Shown here piece by piece: positions 1-13,305 of a stretch of 64,000 bases of DNA (position 1 is its first letter; the number at the start of each line of letters is the position of its first letter). The stretch lies in NCBI RefSeq assembly GCF_001194135.2, contig NC_068989.1, positions 38,268,046-38,332,045 on the forward strand, in the 5' to 3' direction. This stretch comes from Octopus bimaculoides. Taxonomy: Eukaryota. Below the pieces are notes generated by a model, which did not search any database, was not told the DNA's origin, and saw only the letters and a program-made list of their open reading frames with translations. A program made the translations under genes and the position numbers.

Positions 1-414
1 GACGATAATGATTACATATCTCATCAATGTACTACAAGTATAAAAATGCATCAAAACAGTTGTAGTGGTTTTTAAATAAATATCATTGTATATTCAATTT
101 TCTATCATGTATCTATTTATATAAATTCTATGGATACTATGGAATTCCTGATTTCTATCCAGTAGCAGGAGCATTTCCACTATATGATATTAGGTAGCCA
201 ATAACTGTGGACAAGCTTTGCATAGCATTTTACAAGGTTTTTAACCTAAATCTTATTTAACTAAAAGATATAAAGATATCATCATCATATATTCGTGTGC
301 GTATAATTACTCACATACATTGTTTGCTTATATGAAGTTTTTTTTATTAATTGTATCAATTACATTTCTACATTTAATAAAATTATATGTAGTTTTGATA
401 CTTTGGTATATATA

Positions 415-577
415 GGCGCAGGAGTGGCTGTGTGGTAAGTAGCTTGCTTACCAACCACATAGTTCTGGGTTCAGTCCCACTGCGTGGCATCTTGGGCAAG
501 TGTCTTCTACTATAGCCTCGGGCCGACCAAAGCCTTGTGAGTGGATTTGGTAGACGGAAACGGAAAGAAGCCCGTCA
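415..577 (+). mobile_element. tRNA-derived SINE, family A (CORE-like), 5' part, running into (TA)n and a gap
   Basis: tRNA-like head (GTGGCTGTGTGG...GGGTTCAGTCCC) followed by CTTGGGCAAGTG, which resembles the CORE-SINE motif. Near-identical to 60026-60382 and many other copies in the window. Confidence 0.85.
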
Positions 578-581
578 TATA

Positions 582-626
<45 letters not shown>

Positions 627-1130
627 NNNNNNNNNNNNNNNNNNNNNNNNNNNNNNNNNNNNNNNNNNNNNNNNNNNNNNNNNNNNNNNNNNNNNNNNNN
701 NNNNNNNNNNNNNNNNNNNNNNNNNNNNNNNNNNNNNNNNNNNNNNNNNNNNNNNNNNNNNNNNNNNNNNNNNNNNNNNNNNNNNNNNNNNNNNNNNNNN
801 NNNNNNNNNNNNNNNNNNNNNNNNNNNNNNNNNNNNNNNNNNNNNNNNNNNNNNNNNNNNNNNNNNNNNNNNNNNNNNNNNNNNNNNNNNNNNNNNNNNN
901 NNNNNNNNNNNNNNNNNNNNNNNNNNNNNNNNNNNNNNNNNNNNNNNNNNNNNNNNNNNNNNNNNNNNNNNNNNNNNNNNNNNNNNNNNNNNNNNNNNNN
1001 NNNNNNNNNNNNNNNNNNNNNNNNNNNNNNNNNNNNNNNNNNNNNNNNNNNNNNNNNNNNNNNNNNNNNNNNNNNNNNNNNNNNNNNNNNNNNNNNNNNN
1101 NNNNNNNNNNNNNNNNNNNNNNNNNNNNNN
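627..1130. other. Assembly gap. Other gaps: 8875-8931, 15369-15378, 23568-23608, 24435-24709, 37264-37564, 40578-41478, 44083-44143, 54949-55889, 59845-59927, 60471-60480
   Basis: N runs, most flanked by (TA)n microsatellites. They produce the poly-X ORFs in the track. Confidence 0.99.
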
Positions 1131-3589
1131 TCCATTTCTCTCTCTCCCTTTTCAAACTTTCTTCTCTGTTTTATTTCTTCTATTGCTTGCTAGACAGTTA
1201 AATATCTGGTACATAGCGATGCTGGAGAGCAGCTTCTGTTGCTGACTGTTTATTCATTTTAAAATTATAGAAGATAGCTTGTAATGAAGACCACCTTTTG
1301 ATTTGTTTATGATAATAGCGTTGGAGGGACACCAACTACAGTGATGAACATTGCGTATTTTCTTTGTATTGCCGTGGAAAATTTATTGAAATGGAAAGTG
1401 CAAGTTTAAAAAAAAATGATTATGCGTTACGTATTTAAGACATTAAAGTTAGCTAAAAATAATACCCCCCCCCCCAAAAAAAAAATATAGTCTCAGTGTA
1501 TTATATTATTTTATAGACTGGAGCTATATACATTGCCCTGCTGTCAAGGGTCTTAATCAATTCTTTCAACCTCAGTATGTAGTGTGGTATACATTTTCTT
1601 GATTTATATCTTCTTTTATGGCTGCTTTAACTGATTTAAATCTGAGTGTTACATCATTTGTACGAACTTAATTACAACAAGGCATTGGTACTGCTTTACA
1701 TAAACATACATGATGGGTTTCCTGTACAATTTTCACCTACCAAATTTTCAGTTAATCTATTGTTCAAGTCAAGGGTTCATATGAGACACAATTGTCCAAT
1801 GTATTGCCATATCATAGGATTAAACCCCGAACCACACAGTTGCCAAACAGACTTCTTAGCCACACAAACATGTCTGTTCCCATATTCAAGATTGTCTAAA
1901 GTTTTATACCCAAATGATTTATACATTATAATATTTTTATACAGTTGTAAACTTTGTAGTGCTAGCTTTGGATGCTTACACTTGGCTCTAGATGCAAATA
2001 CAATTCTTATTTCTTCAGGAACATTAAAGAACAAATATCACTGAGACAGTATTGGATTATTTATAGTTTCACCTGGAGAAGACTGCATGACAAAATATTA
2101 TATTCATCAGAAAATGTCATAAACCTATTGTTTCAGAAAAATTGAGAGCAGAACCATACAAACCTATCCTACTCCTAGCTTTACCAAATAACACAGCAAT
2201 TAAATATGTATAACAAGTTGGTAAATTACCAAAGTAATACAAGTTTGTCATAGGGATATGATAACAACTGCTTCATTTTGCCTCATCACTAGATTGTCTG
2301 ACCACAATCTAATCTTCCTATCACAGAAGGTATTTTAAGTCCGAAAACTGGTTGTGGCATCATCTGTTCTTGGTTGATTATCAATATATGTGCTTTATCT
2401 TTGACTCAAGAAGCTATGTTGGTAACTAAAACCATTCACATAGTTACATCCCTACCTTTTTGCATTCCATATATGATCATATGCCCCAATTTCAAAACTC
2501 ATGGCTAATTCAATTACGTGTTGTTTATGAAAATTGGGTATTTTTCTTCTACAGTTGTAGATGTAACTTCTAAAAGATGATCATCAAAAAAACTAAGAAT
2601 GCTCTCATGCACCAGGTGACCTCCATGAAGTATGAAAGGGTGTTTAAGTAGTTTCCTTCTTCAATTCTTATATTAAAAGTCTTCTTTCTTCACTATGTCA
2701 CTCAACAAAGATGATCAATACCTAATATAATTGCAGTCCGTCAAATCCAATATTTGAACAGAACACACCTAAAACGCTGTAAGCTGCTACAAACGTTAGA
2801 TCTCACGATTTTTGCTAATCTTTCCTAAACCCTAAAACAAGTAGCATTGCTGTAACCATATCACAAAGACTAAGATCCTGTAATAAGTTATAAATTCCTC
2901 CAGATTTTCAGTATACCTGCAAGCATTTTTATAAATGTTCAAACTGAATATCAACATGGCATCCTTTAGTGTGATTAGACAGCAAACATAAGCAAATCTC
3001 TTCCTGAGATAAAAAATTATAAGTTGGTGCTCTTAAATCTGGCGTGCTAATATCTGATTATTCACACAGTCTGGTAGATCCCACAGTCTGGTAGATCCCA
3101 CAATCCAGCATGTTTTGAATCAATCATCTAAAAATAATATTACATTGATATTGTATGAAATAATGATGTATCTAAATTACATCAAACAATGATATATTTA
3201 TATGATATCAAGCAATAATATATTACCTGACACGATAAAAACCTTGTGTGGAAGCATTGTTAGTTATATTATTTCCTGTTTTAAACTTTATTCTACCTTT
3301 TGATATCATTATATATATATGGATTGAGATAACAAGAGTATTTTTGTGAAAGGGTTCCCTAAGGAGGCAATTTCTGTTTACAGGTAGTTTTTTGAAATTG
3401 AATAATGTCCAGATTTATAATGATTGCCAGATTTAAGATATCCAATCTATGATATTAAAAATTCAAACAGAAGATCAGAAAAGGAATAATGTATTCATGA
3501 TAATCACCAGTTATATTTTATAAATATATATTTTCTGTCTTCATCTTTACTGCCTGTTACTCTCCTTTTAGATTCTTATGAATCTACCT

Positions 3590-4045
3590 ACCTACTCAAC
3601 CATCTTCGATTCTCTGTCCGTATTCTCATTCTGTTCACTTTCTTATACCTTGAAGGTACTCTCTGGTACCTCATCTTTATCATCCTCTATTCCTTTCCTA
3701 CTGGAGTAGCCATATATCTCCTCTACAGCAAGACACCTGTTCCTGTCCCTCTGTCCTACTTTAGCTTTCCTACACCTAGCACAAAGCCACCTCCCTTAAT
3801 ACTGCTCTCTGCTCTGTCTAGGGGTCCTGTTTTGATGATTTATTTGGTGACCTCACTAGTACTGGTGCCACAGAGGAAGGCACCTAGTACATTCTGTAAA
3901 GTAGTTAGTATTAAGTAGAACATCCAGGCACAGAAACCTTGTCAAAAAAGACACCAGAAACCAACGAAGCCTTCAGGTCTGTTCGATCCTGTCAAACCAC
4001 TCACTCTGTCAGCACAAAATGTGGACTTGAAATTATAATGATACC
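3590..4045 (+). mobile_element. Decayed RTE-type LINE 3' UTR fragment
   Basis: GCACCTAGTACATTCTGTAAAGTAGTTAGTATTAAGTAGAACATCCAG is a diverged match to the RTE tail motif GCACCCACTACACTCT...GTGGTTGGCGTTAGGAAGGGCATCCAG seen at 20.7, 47.9 and 61.8 kb. Confidence 0.5.
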
Positions 4046-5054
4046 TTCATAAATACTGTGACAAGTGTTGTGAAGATGTAATTTGCTTCTTGACTTTTTG
4101 GACACTGTGTATCTAAGACTACACTATTCATTTTATGTTCCTTTTTAAAGGATTGTAGTTTAAAATTTGATGTAAATGCCATCGCAATTTCCAGCACGTT
4201 GAGTAACTCTGCAGAGGATTCCTCATTGGCTCATTGTAAGCAGATTTGTAATTGTTCAGCTATCTGCTCTTACTAAGCAAACCTATGATGTAAGGCATTC
4301 TAGCTGTGACCAACCTGTCTTTTAGGGATATTATCTATGATTGTATTAGCCAATGTGCTGGTGTTGTTACTTTTAGAAGGTTGAATAAACACTGAGGTTT
4401 GCTTGTTGTTTCTAAATTTTAATCACCCTGAAAAAGAGTTTTTGTCTACAAATTACTTTGATAATCCTATTTAAGTTTTTCAGTTCACTGTATTACATAT
4501 GTGATCTCACATAAAAGTATGTAAAGATTATCTAAATTAGACAAGAAATACTGCTACAAATTTAGTCTTTTGCCATACTTGTTAAAACTATATCACTAGT
4601 CTGCTAGCTGATCTACAAGCTCAATATATGTATTCTGTATAATATAAATTCTTTACTGAATATAAAGTTTCACATTTTTATCCTATATTCTGATGTCAAA
4701 AAGGATGCCATAAGGAAATGTTAACACATTATGGAGATTTTTTTACCTTTCTCTTGTATTTTTCTGAGTACAATTCTGTAGTATCCTAAACTTACTTTCA
4801 TGCATGAGTTTGTTTCCTTCAGGCTTTGACTTCAATGGACATCAACAACATCAAACTAACAAATGTGATAAGGAGACAAACATTTTATGCAATAAATTTT
4901 TGTCTTGCATTTAAAATTCAAATAGTGAAACCAAACAAGAAAATTAAAAAAATGACATATAAAGCAATGACTAAATCTTATGTTGTATATAAATATACTA
5001 AATATATGAATATTGTAAAAATATAGTAAGTATATAGTATACAATTATATATGT

Positions 5055-5271
5055 ATCCTTTCCACTATAGGCACAAGGCTTGAAATTTTGGGGGAGGGTG
5101 ACTAGTTGATTACATTGACTCCAGTGTGTAACTGGTACTTAATTTATCGACCCTGAAAGGATGAAAGGCAAAGTCGACCTTGGTGGCATTTGAACTCATA
5201 ATGTAAAGACAGACGAAATACCTCTAAGCTTTTCACCCAGTGTACTAACGACTCTGCCAGTTTGCTACCTT
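5055..5271 (-). mobile_element. tRNA-derived SINE, family B
   Basis: Reverse complement matches the family-B copies at 20.3-22.3 kb (GTCGAC-TTTGCCTTTCATCCTTT-GGGTCGATAAATTAAGTACCAG core, GCCTTGTGCCTATAGT tail). Confidence 0.85.
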
Positions 5272-5500
5272 ATATAGATATATATATATCAGGAAAGCTG
5301 TCATCAATTTTGTAATAGACTGATAAGATTTTAGTGAACTTGTGTTTTTCTGAGTTGGGAGCCACTTATGTTGATATGAGAAATATCCTTATGAAAAACA
5401 TGATAAACAATTCAGTTCTATATTTAAGAGATGAGGAATTATGTACATTATTTATATTATTTACATCTGATGGATATTTGTCCTTATCTTGTTTGTTGTT

Positions 5501-5544
5501 AACACGTTTCGGCTGGTATACCTTCCAGCCTTCATCAGGTGTCT
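5501..5544 (-). ncRNA. Minimal type-I hammerhead-ribozyme-like motif (P1 copy 1, left arm), probably inactive
   Basis: Reverse complement: AGACAC CTGATGA A GGCTGG-AAGGTATA-CCAGCC GAAAC GTGTT. Core and 6-bp stem II are intact, but the 3 nt carrying the NUH triplet seen in the right arms are missing. Confidence 0.6.
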
Positions 5545-5669
5545 TGGGGAAATTTTGAACCTGGATTCTCATTCCTAAGGTATTTTTCCATGTTATTATT
5601 GTTGTTGTTATTATTATTATTATTGTTATTATTATTATTATTCATGTCACTGCCTGGAATCGAACTCGT

Positions 5670-5741
5670 GGGCATATGGCGTAGTGGTTAAGAGCGCAGG
5701 CTACTAACGCCAAAATGAGTTTGATTCCAGGCAGCGACCTG
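5670..5741 (+). promoter_or_regulatory. tRNA-derived Pol III type-2 promoter head inside P1 copy 1 (not a functional tRNA)
   Basis: A box TGGCGTAGTGG at 5677-5687. B box GAGTTTGATTCC has one mismatch; the inverted partial copy retains GAGTTCGATTCC. No convincing acceptor stem. Confidence 0.7.
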
Positions 5742-5806
5742 AATAATAATAATGATAGCATCGAAAAATACCTTAGGAATGAGAACTCAGATTCGAAATT
5801 TCCCCA

Positions 5807-5854
5807 AGACACTTGATGAAGGCTGGAGGGTATCTCAGCCAAAACATTGTGTTA
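5807..5854 (+). ncRNA. Degenerate hammerhead-like motif (P1 copy 1, right arm)
   Basis: AGACAC TTGATGA A GGCTG-GAGGGTATCT-CAGCC AAAAC ATT GTGTT. C3>T and G12>A break the core; stems I and II are retained. Confidence 0.5.
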
Positions 5855-6829
5855 ACAACGAACTAGATGAGGACAAAAATCCGTCAAATGTAAACAATGT
5901 ATGATAAACAATTATTCTAATTGTTACAATGCGTGCTTGAGAGTGTTATGCTTTCAACAAGCTTAATTATTTCTCTTTCATTTCAATAAGCCATGCTTAC
6001 AGGTGTTAGCAATCATTGATTTCCATGCCAAATCTGAAGCTTCATGATCATTCTTGGAAGAGATTCAGTTGTGATTTCCTGTTGCATTTCTACTAGTTTA
6101 CTTACACTTTACTCTGCTAGTCTCTCACTCAGCTGAGCTCACCTTTGAGGTACAGGGCCTATTTATCACTCAGACTGGCTTTGGGCTTATCCACACACTG
6201 GTACTTGTGATACATGTCTACTGGCCAGCTCTCCTCTGAATCCTGTATGCCTTAGCCTCAGAAAATCTTCTGCTGTTTGGTACATAACTGGGGCCTCTTG
6301 ACAAGTATTACCATCCAAGGCCAGAACAGACTTGAAATTAGTGGTGTGAAGAGTAACACTAAATTTTCTAAAACTTCTGAATTCCTGAGCTGGAGTCTCA
6401 CCAGAGGATACAGTTTAATGTGTTGCCCATGTGAAGTAGTGAAGAAAATTGAAGATGTAATTGAAATTTTTAACATAATTGGACAATGTTTTGAAAATTT
6501 ATAAATTTATACATGAAATAGAAATAAGAGTATTTATATAATATGGGATATCCATGAGTACCTCTGGTGCATTCTTGTTTCTACTTCGCAACTAAAATCT
6601 GAGCTTTTATTCTTATAAAAGCAAGAGGTAATATTTTTCATAGACCCACCCTGTTAAGTTGGATAACACAAACATAATTAAAGTATTGTTAAATGATATT
6701 TAATAAAAGTTGATATAAAACAATGTCTAAAATCTTGAATTTTTTTAGGCAAACTTTAACAACTCATTACAAACATATCTTTTAAACTTATAAATGTTAA
6801 TTATCTCCAGATCACAAGGACGCATTAAG

Positions 6830-7170
6830 ATGTTGCCTATGTTTTGGGTTCAGTTCGCTAGGCATTGTCTTCTACTTCAGTCACAGGCTGACCAATGCCC
6901 TGTGAGTTTGAAACTGTTGAACGGCTATTGTAAATGTGTTCACAAATGCTTGTGTGAGCAAGTTTGTGCGTGTCCCTCACTGCTTGAAAAACAGTGTAGA
7001 AATCTACATGTTCCCTTATCTTAGTAGTTTGGCAAAAAAGAGATCATTAAACTTAGTTAGTACTAAACTTTGAATAAGTAGTAGGGCTGATTTGATTGGC
7101 TGAAGTACTTCAAGGTAGTGCTCTAATATGGTTGGAGTCCAGCAACACAGGGCTCTGCTAAAAACATCCA
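6830..7170 (+). mobile_element. Diverged SINE family A copy
   Basis: GGGTTCAGTTCGCTAGGCATTGTCTTCTAC...GAAACTG followed by a family-A-like 3' tail. Confidence 0.6.
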
Positions 7171-8104
7171 AGGCCAGGTAGTGGTGTTCAACAAGACAAG
7201 TAGATTAAATCAAGTACCCAAAGCAAAGAACAGTTACTCTGATGGGCTTTCACACAGATTTTGTTAATCAAATTTCACTAAACATGTTTTAGTGGACCAG
7301 AGACTGAGAGAATGCACTTACCCAGGGTGCTGTGCAGTAATCTCTTAATTATCAAGCTCTGTTGTGTAATGGCACGACCCTGATGTTGTTGTAATTTAGT
7401 CCCAGGGCTCTGAATATGCAGACCCAGGATCTTTTTGTCATTATGCACAAAATACACACTGTATCTCTGACTATCATTATATTATGTTAGTTCCTTTCTT
7501 AAGATGGTAGACTGTAATTTGAGGCAGGTTTGGCTGTTATTTCTAGTATCTCAAGGGATTCCACAATAATATCTTCATTGTTGTTTAGCAGCTATTTATC
7601 ATTAAATGTATTTCAGCTGTGTTAATCCCAGATACATTAAAGTTATTTCAGTCATGGCCATTCCATCATTTTCACAGCTGCTGCAGTGTATCTAGGACTA
7701 TATTGTCTGATGTTTGGTCTTCTCCTTTTCAAAGATTGTAGATTTGATTGTGATAAGAGGTAGATTTGACTGTTATGTTCATCAGGTTGAATAAACCCAT
7801 AGAAGCTTCTTCACAGGATTATAAGCATAAAACTGTTGTTTAGCTCAAGTTAGCTTTGATTGAGCAAAACTATGATGAAAGACATCCCAATCATGATTAA
7901 CCTTTCTTTTTAAAAGTATGTCTTAGGTGAGCAAACAATATGGCAGCTTAAATATTAGGGTAAACATAAAGTATTTTATATATTAAAGTATAAAATTACA
8001 TGGAAAATACTCAGAAAATATGAAGTCACTTAAAAATAGTAATTATGTCGTTAAAATGACATAATTACTATTTTTAAAGGAATTAAGTAGATTATCTTTT
8101 ATCT

Positions 8105-8490
8105 TTCATCATTTACTGGCTTCAGTCATTAGACTGCAGCCATGCTGGGGCAGTGCCTTGAAGAACTTTTAGCTGAATGAATCGGCCCCAGTACTTTTTT
8201 TTTAATCCTTGTACTTATTCCATTGGTCTCTTTTGCTCAACTGCTAATTTTCTGGGATGTAAACACACCAACACCAGCTGTCCAGTACTGCAGATAGGGA
8301 CAAATACACACACACACACACACATGCATATACACACACATATATATGATGGGCTTCTTTCAATTTCCATCTAACAAATCCACTCACAATGCTTTGGAAG
8401 ACACCTGCCCAAGGTTCCACACACTGGATCTGAACCCAGAACCATGTGGTTGGGAAGCAAGTTTCTTACCATGCAGCCATGCCTGCACCT
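8105..8490 (-). mobile_element. SINE family A, near full length
   Basis: Reverse complement aligns to 60026-60382, including head, CORE-like region, (CA)n middle and 3' tail. Confidence 0.8.
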
Positions 8491-9747
8491 ACAATGAATA
8501 CACATAACTGTAAATATTTTGTTGTTACCGTTAATAGTTGTGATGTTTGTCAAATGTTGTACCAGCTCAGTCTCTTAAAAAGAAGCAAAATCTCTTGAAT
8601 AACATACACTTTTAACTTCATTTTTCTCATCAATGGAATGTTTGCTAGATTCTAATACTATCATTGTATGAATATTACAGCCTTTCCCTGGAATAAATCC
8701 ATATTTTTAAGTGAGTATGTGGCAGGTTCAGCATATTGATTCACTTCAGCATATAAACGCCAATATATTACCCTAATATATTACTTCAGTATATTGCTGC
8801 TTCTAATACAATTGACTCCAGAAGGATAAAAGATAAATTTGAACTCTCTGAAAAGTATGATTCCCCTCATATATNNNNNNNNNNNNNNNNNNNNNNNNNN
8901 NNNNNNNNNNNNNNNNNNNNNNNNNNNNNNNNTATATATATATATATATGCACACCCTAAAACAGATTACACAGGCACACTTTTAGATTTTATTACACTA
9001 ACACAGATATAAGATTTATATTTGAAATTGTAATCATTGATACATGTAAGACATCTGGGGATTTTATTTCTCCTATCCAATTATCCAAATGAAAGGTATA
9101 AGTGGTGTCTATTCTCTGTTAGATTAATGCAAATATAGTAATGCTCCTTTTTTTACATACACACAAGCATACACACACACACACACACACACACATGTGC
9201 ATGTGTGTGCATGCATACATATGCACATATATACACACACATATACATACACACATACATATACTTACACATATATGTACATACACACACATATATATAT
9301 AGATACACACACATATATATACACACACAAATATATACCTAAATACATGCACATATATGCGTGTGTATGTAATATTGTGTCAGCAGCCTTGAATTTTATT
9401 GTAATTAAATCGTGTTGAAGTTGATAATGGAGGTGATGACTTATGGAAAATTATGCCAACTGTAGGAAATATCTGTAATTACCGAATTTCATGGTAGCAC
9501 AGTAAGAGAAAATGTTTTTAAACAGTTAGAAGGAAGCATCTGAAATGGTGGAAAACAATTCTGTTGATTAAGGGCAGTCTGCTGCAAAGTTCATAGCAAG
9601 TTTGAAGCTGGGGAAGAATTCCTATTAGATAGTGAATGACATGCTGATTGCATGCCAAAATGAGAAGTACTGCAAGAAAAGTAATGTGTTGAAAAGAGAT
9701 GGAATAAAACAAGTAGCGAGATATATTTAGCAGCTCAAACATGGTGT

Positions 9748-9824
9748 GTGAATGTGTGTGAGACAGGGTATGGGTGAATGTGTGTGAGACAGGGTATGGG
9801 TGAATGTGTGTGAGACAGGGCATG
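9748..9824 (+). repeat. 26-bp tandem repeat, 3 copies
   Basis: GTGAATGTGTGTGAGACAGGGTATGG starts at 9748, 9774 and 9800. Confidence 0.9.
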
Positions 9825-10599
9825 AGAAAGAAAGGGGAAAAAGCAGTGTGTTTAGCATTGATACCGGGTGCAGAAGCTTCCTAAATGTGATAATCAGTGA
9901 ACATGTGAAGCATGAAATGTTCAGAAGTTGAAAAGACTCTTTACAATAAGAACAAATCAGGATGCCACAAGGGAAAAAGTGTCTATATATCTGTGTACTG
10001 TTTTTGATGTTTAGGTCTGAGTCATCTCTACATTTTATCTTCCTCATTTATCAGTTCACCTGTTATTGCATTGCTGACAGATTTATATCTTCATTTCCAT
10101 TAAAACATCAATAATAAAGTTCATCCTCTCACCTCAATTCAATAGAAGTGCAACAATTGCTTCTCAATTACAAAGTGTATCTCTGCTGAATGTGGACTGA
10201 TAATATAAGAAACACTATTTTCTGAATCACTGCTTTTTGTTTCTTTCTCTCTGTTTCTGCCATAATATTTCAGTGATATCTTCAATAGATGATTCACATC
10301 AGTCAATATCAATTGTTGATATGGAATATCATAAATGTATGTGGAATTGTTATTACAAGGAAATTATAAATTAATAAATACAAATGTATAATAAATATGT
10401 CTATAAATAACAAATGTAAAATACGAGACGTCTTTCTAATGAACTATATTTATGACCATGTATTGCTTTCTAGTTGTTGATATAGTTTCAACAAGTGCAG
10501 CCCTGGCTGTGTGGTTAAGGACTTTGCTTCTCAAACAATCTACTTTCAGAGTCAACCCCACTGTACAATGCCTTTGTCATATGTCTTCTACCATATGCT

Positions 10600-12400
10600 G
10601 AATCTGTCTCATTTCACCTTTCTAATGTCATCTGCCTCAATGATTCAATGTTACAATTCATCTTGGCTCTTACACTCCACCTAAAGCAACGCTGCTAGTA
10701 CAGAAGTTGAAATTTGTCAATTGTTGTCTTTGTAACAGTTAGTTTTTATTATCCATATATATCCCCGATCAACATACTGAAACTTCAAAACACTTTTGAT
10801 TTCTTTCTCTGTTTAATTATGACTCCTTACAATACATTCATATGATGTAACACTCCCATTCTCTGGACACTATGGATACTTCAGGTTACCCAAGGCAACA
10901 GGTGCATTGTCTCTAGCCTATTGAAGACATCTAAGCAGTAACTGAAATCATTTTCTCAGGCATGTCTCTCCACACCTCTCACAAAACTTTACTTCTATTG
11001 TATGTGGCAGTACAAGTGATTAGCATTAACTGAGGCACCCCATCCCCACAAAAAAATGGGAGTCAGACCACTGAATCCATCAGTATTCATTCCATTATCT
11101 TCAGACAAAGCACCAAGAGCTAGAGCCTATTCTTGTAAAGCACTACATCTATCTACAGGAATCTATCCTGATCTTCTTACACATGTTACAATCTATCCCA
11201 TCTCAAGAAGTGCACCCTTACTGATCCTGAAAACAATCAAATAACTGCTCTTACTTCTGGTACCACAAAAGTGTTGAAATCAGTTGTTAGCAACTTTCTC
11301 CTACACTTTTCTTTTTGGTTACCATCTGCTAGCTGCAGTAGACCCAAATCTACTGGTGAGCTGCTCTCCATTGTCACTTACCAATGATTCCTTGTTCTTG
11401 AGAAATATGGCAGAAACAATGTCAATGCACTTGATATCAATAAAATATTTGATTGTCTACCATGAACATCTAACTCTCAACCATGAACATCTAACTCTCA
11501 ACTGTTCATCTCATGCATTGCAGCATTCACTAACGGCATTCTATTCAACTAATATTCCATTAACTGTAGTGTGACCAAGGCTGGTTATCTGGATCATTCT
11601 TTTTGTCCTGTATACTAATAACCTACTCACTCTCATCCCTATTAACGTTTACTCCTTAGCATATCCTATTACTCTCCATTAATCTTCACAATGCAGCATC
11701 CACATGCTATTTAGACACATCACACCAAAACTTTCACTGCTTGCATGTTGCAGAGACCTCAAAACCATTCTCTAATGAGAAATTGACAACCTTTCCAACT
11801 TTAACAGCACCAAAACTCATTTGCTGCAGCACCTAACAAGAAATCTTGTACCTTACTCTCACTTGTCTTGTACAATACCCAGTTAAAAACCTTTCAAGTT
11901 GCTATAGATTTTACGCTTCACAATCACTGATTAATATCTTCTGGCAACCACCCTGCCTTAGCTGAACAATAATTGACTTTCATCTTTAGGATCAAAATAC
12001 TTCCGGACTGTTTAAGTGCTAAGTGTCTTCAAAGCTCAGACAAGATTTTTGTGGAATACTTCTCTTACATCTGTTTCCACAGATGATATCATCGACCATA
12101 GCTAAAGGAATATCTGCCATTCAGCAGACTGGCAAGTATTAACTCATTAGTACTCTGCAACTTCTACCCACAGACAAGCTATCTCCTCACTTTTTATATC
12201 ATTACTGCAATGGTTTCTATCTATATAAATTAGGTAGTTGTGTACTGTCTCCACCCATGTCCACCTGATTCATATATCTCTCTATATTTCTCACCAATTC
12301 TATGTTTTCTTACTCATGTCTTGTTACACAAATCACTAAGTTCAAACTTCTCCCTCAAAACCTTAACACTCAGGAATTCCCTCCTCTAATTTTTATGCAG
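10600..12400 (+). mobile_element. Highly decayed CR1/L2-type LINE reverse-transcriptase remnant
   Basis: Broken frames retain RT motif relics in order: PI.KK...TDP.N, KV.KSVVS, FG.....RSTGELL, ALDINKIFD and a PIN..V.QG...LF.LY-like segment. Boundaries approximate. Internal 21-bp tandem duplication near 11460-11501. Confidence 0.6.
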
Positions 12401-12576
12401 ATGTTAACATGTCATTTAAATTGGATATTGACAGCAATGTTGGACAGCCAGGAAAGCTCATGAGAGCAGTATATTTACACTGAATGAAAACCATGATGAC
12501 ATTTTTTTAAAAATAAATATCAATCATTTAAAATTGTAAATATAACTGAACGTCTTCTAGTTTCTGTTAGGAAGTG

Positions 12577-12631
<55 letters not shown>

Positions 12632-13015
12632 CATACATACAGGGTATTAGATGAAGAATTCCATGTCAGGTTTATATATCTGCAGCTGTAATGATTGTAG
12701 TTAAGTAAACCATCAAACCCACTGACAAAAGCATGAAACATGAATGAAAGGCACTTATTTAATGTTCTGGAGAGTTGACATTGTTTGGACTGCTGGGTCT
12801 CTAGAGGCTCATTCATTAATTATTCAGGAGCATGTATATAATGATGATAGGGAAAGGAGTGAAATATATGTTAAGTACAAGATGTGTGTTGGTATGTATG
12901 TATATGGACAAATATACTTTATTGAGGTAATTAGAGGGTAAATGGTAATTGAAGTTTAGGATATTATTTACATTATTTACATTTGATGTATATTTGTCCT
13001 CATCTTGTTTGTTGT

Positions 13016-13060
13016 TAACACGTTTCGGCTGATATACTCTCCAGCCTTCATCAGGTGTCT
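13016..13060 (-). ncRNA. Hammerhead-like motif (P1 copy 2, left arm), probably inactive
   Basis: Reverse complement: AGACAC CTGATGA A GGCTG-GAGAGTATAT-CAGCC GAAAC GTGTT. Same 3-nt deficit as the left arm of copy 1. Confidence 0.6.
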
Positions 13061-13193
13061 TGGGGAAATTTCGAACCTGGGTTCACGTTCCTAAGGTATC
13101 TTTTGATGATGTTGTTGTTGTTATTCCACTGCCTGGAATTGAACTCGGAATCCTGGAGTTAGTAGCCTGCGCTCTTAACCACTACACCATATG

Positions 13194-13245
<52 letters not shown>

Positions 13246-13305
13246 TAATAATAATGACATCGAAAAATACCTTAGGAATGAGAACCCAGGTTCGAAATTT
13301 CCCCG

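Larger units (their letters stand above)
5413..5900. mobile_element. Palindromic element P1 copy 1: inverted arms with hammerhead-like motifs and a central tRNA-derived head; 13-bp TSD
   Basis: Left arm is the reverse complement of the right arm. tRNA-like head on + at 5670-5741, with an inverted partial head at 5646-5668. ATGATAAACAATT occurs at 5400-5412 and 5901-5913. A second family copy lies at 12963-13429. Confidence 0.85.

Noticed and set aside
448-1245. Long ORFs spanning N runs (also at 24.3, 37.2, 40.4 and 54.8 kb)
   Set aside because: Open only because N codons are not stops; the flanks are (TA)n or (CA)n.
2064-2112. Minus-strand CTGATGA...GAAAC spacing
   Set aside because: No stem II, stem III or NUH triplet; chance match.
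5670-5741. Apparent tRNA gene (also 13126-13196 and the SINE heads)
   Set aside because: No acceptor-stem pairing, degenerate arms, and embedded in multi-copy repeats; a SINE-type head rather than a tRNA gene.
6241-6654. Possible Tc1/mariner remnant with a CAGGGTGGGTC end (also 2630-2870)
   Set aside because: No matching second TIR and no transposase motif could be read.
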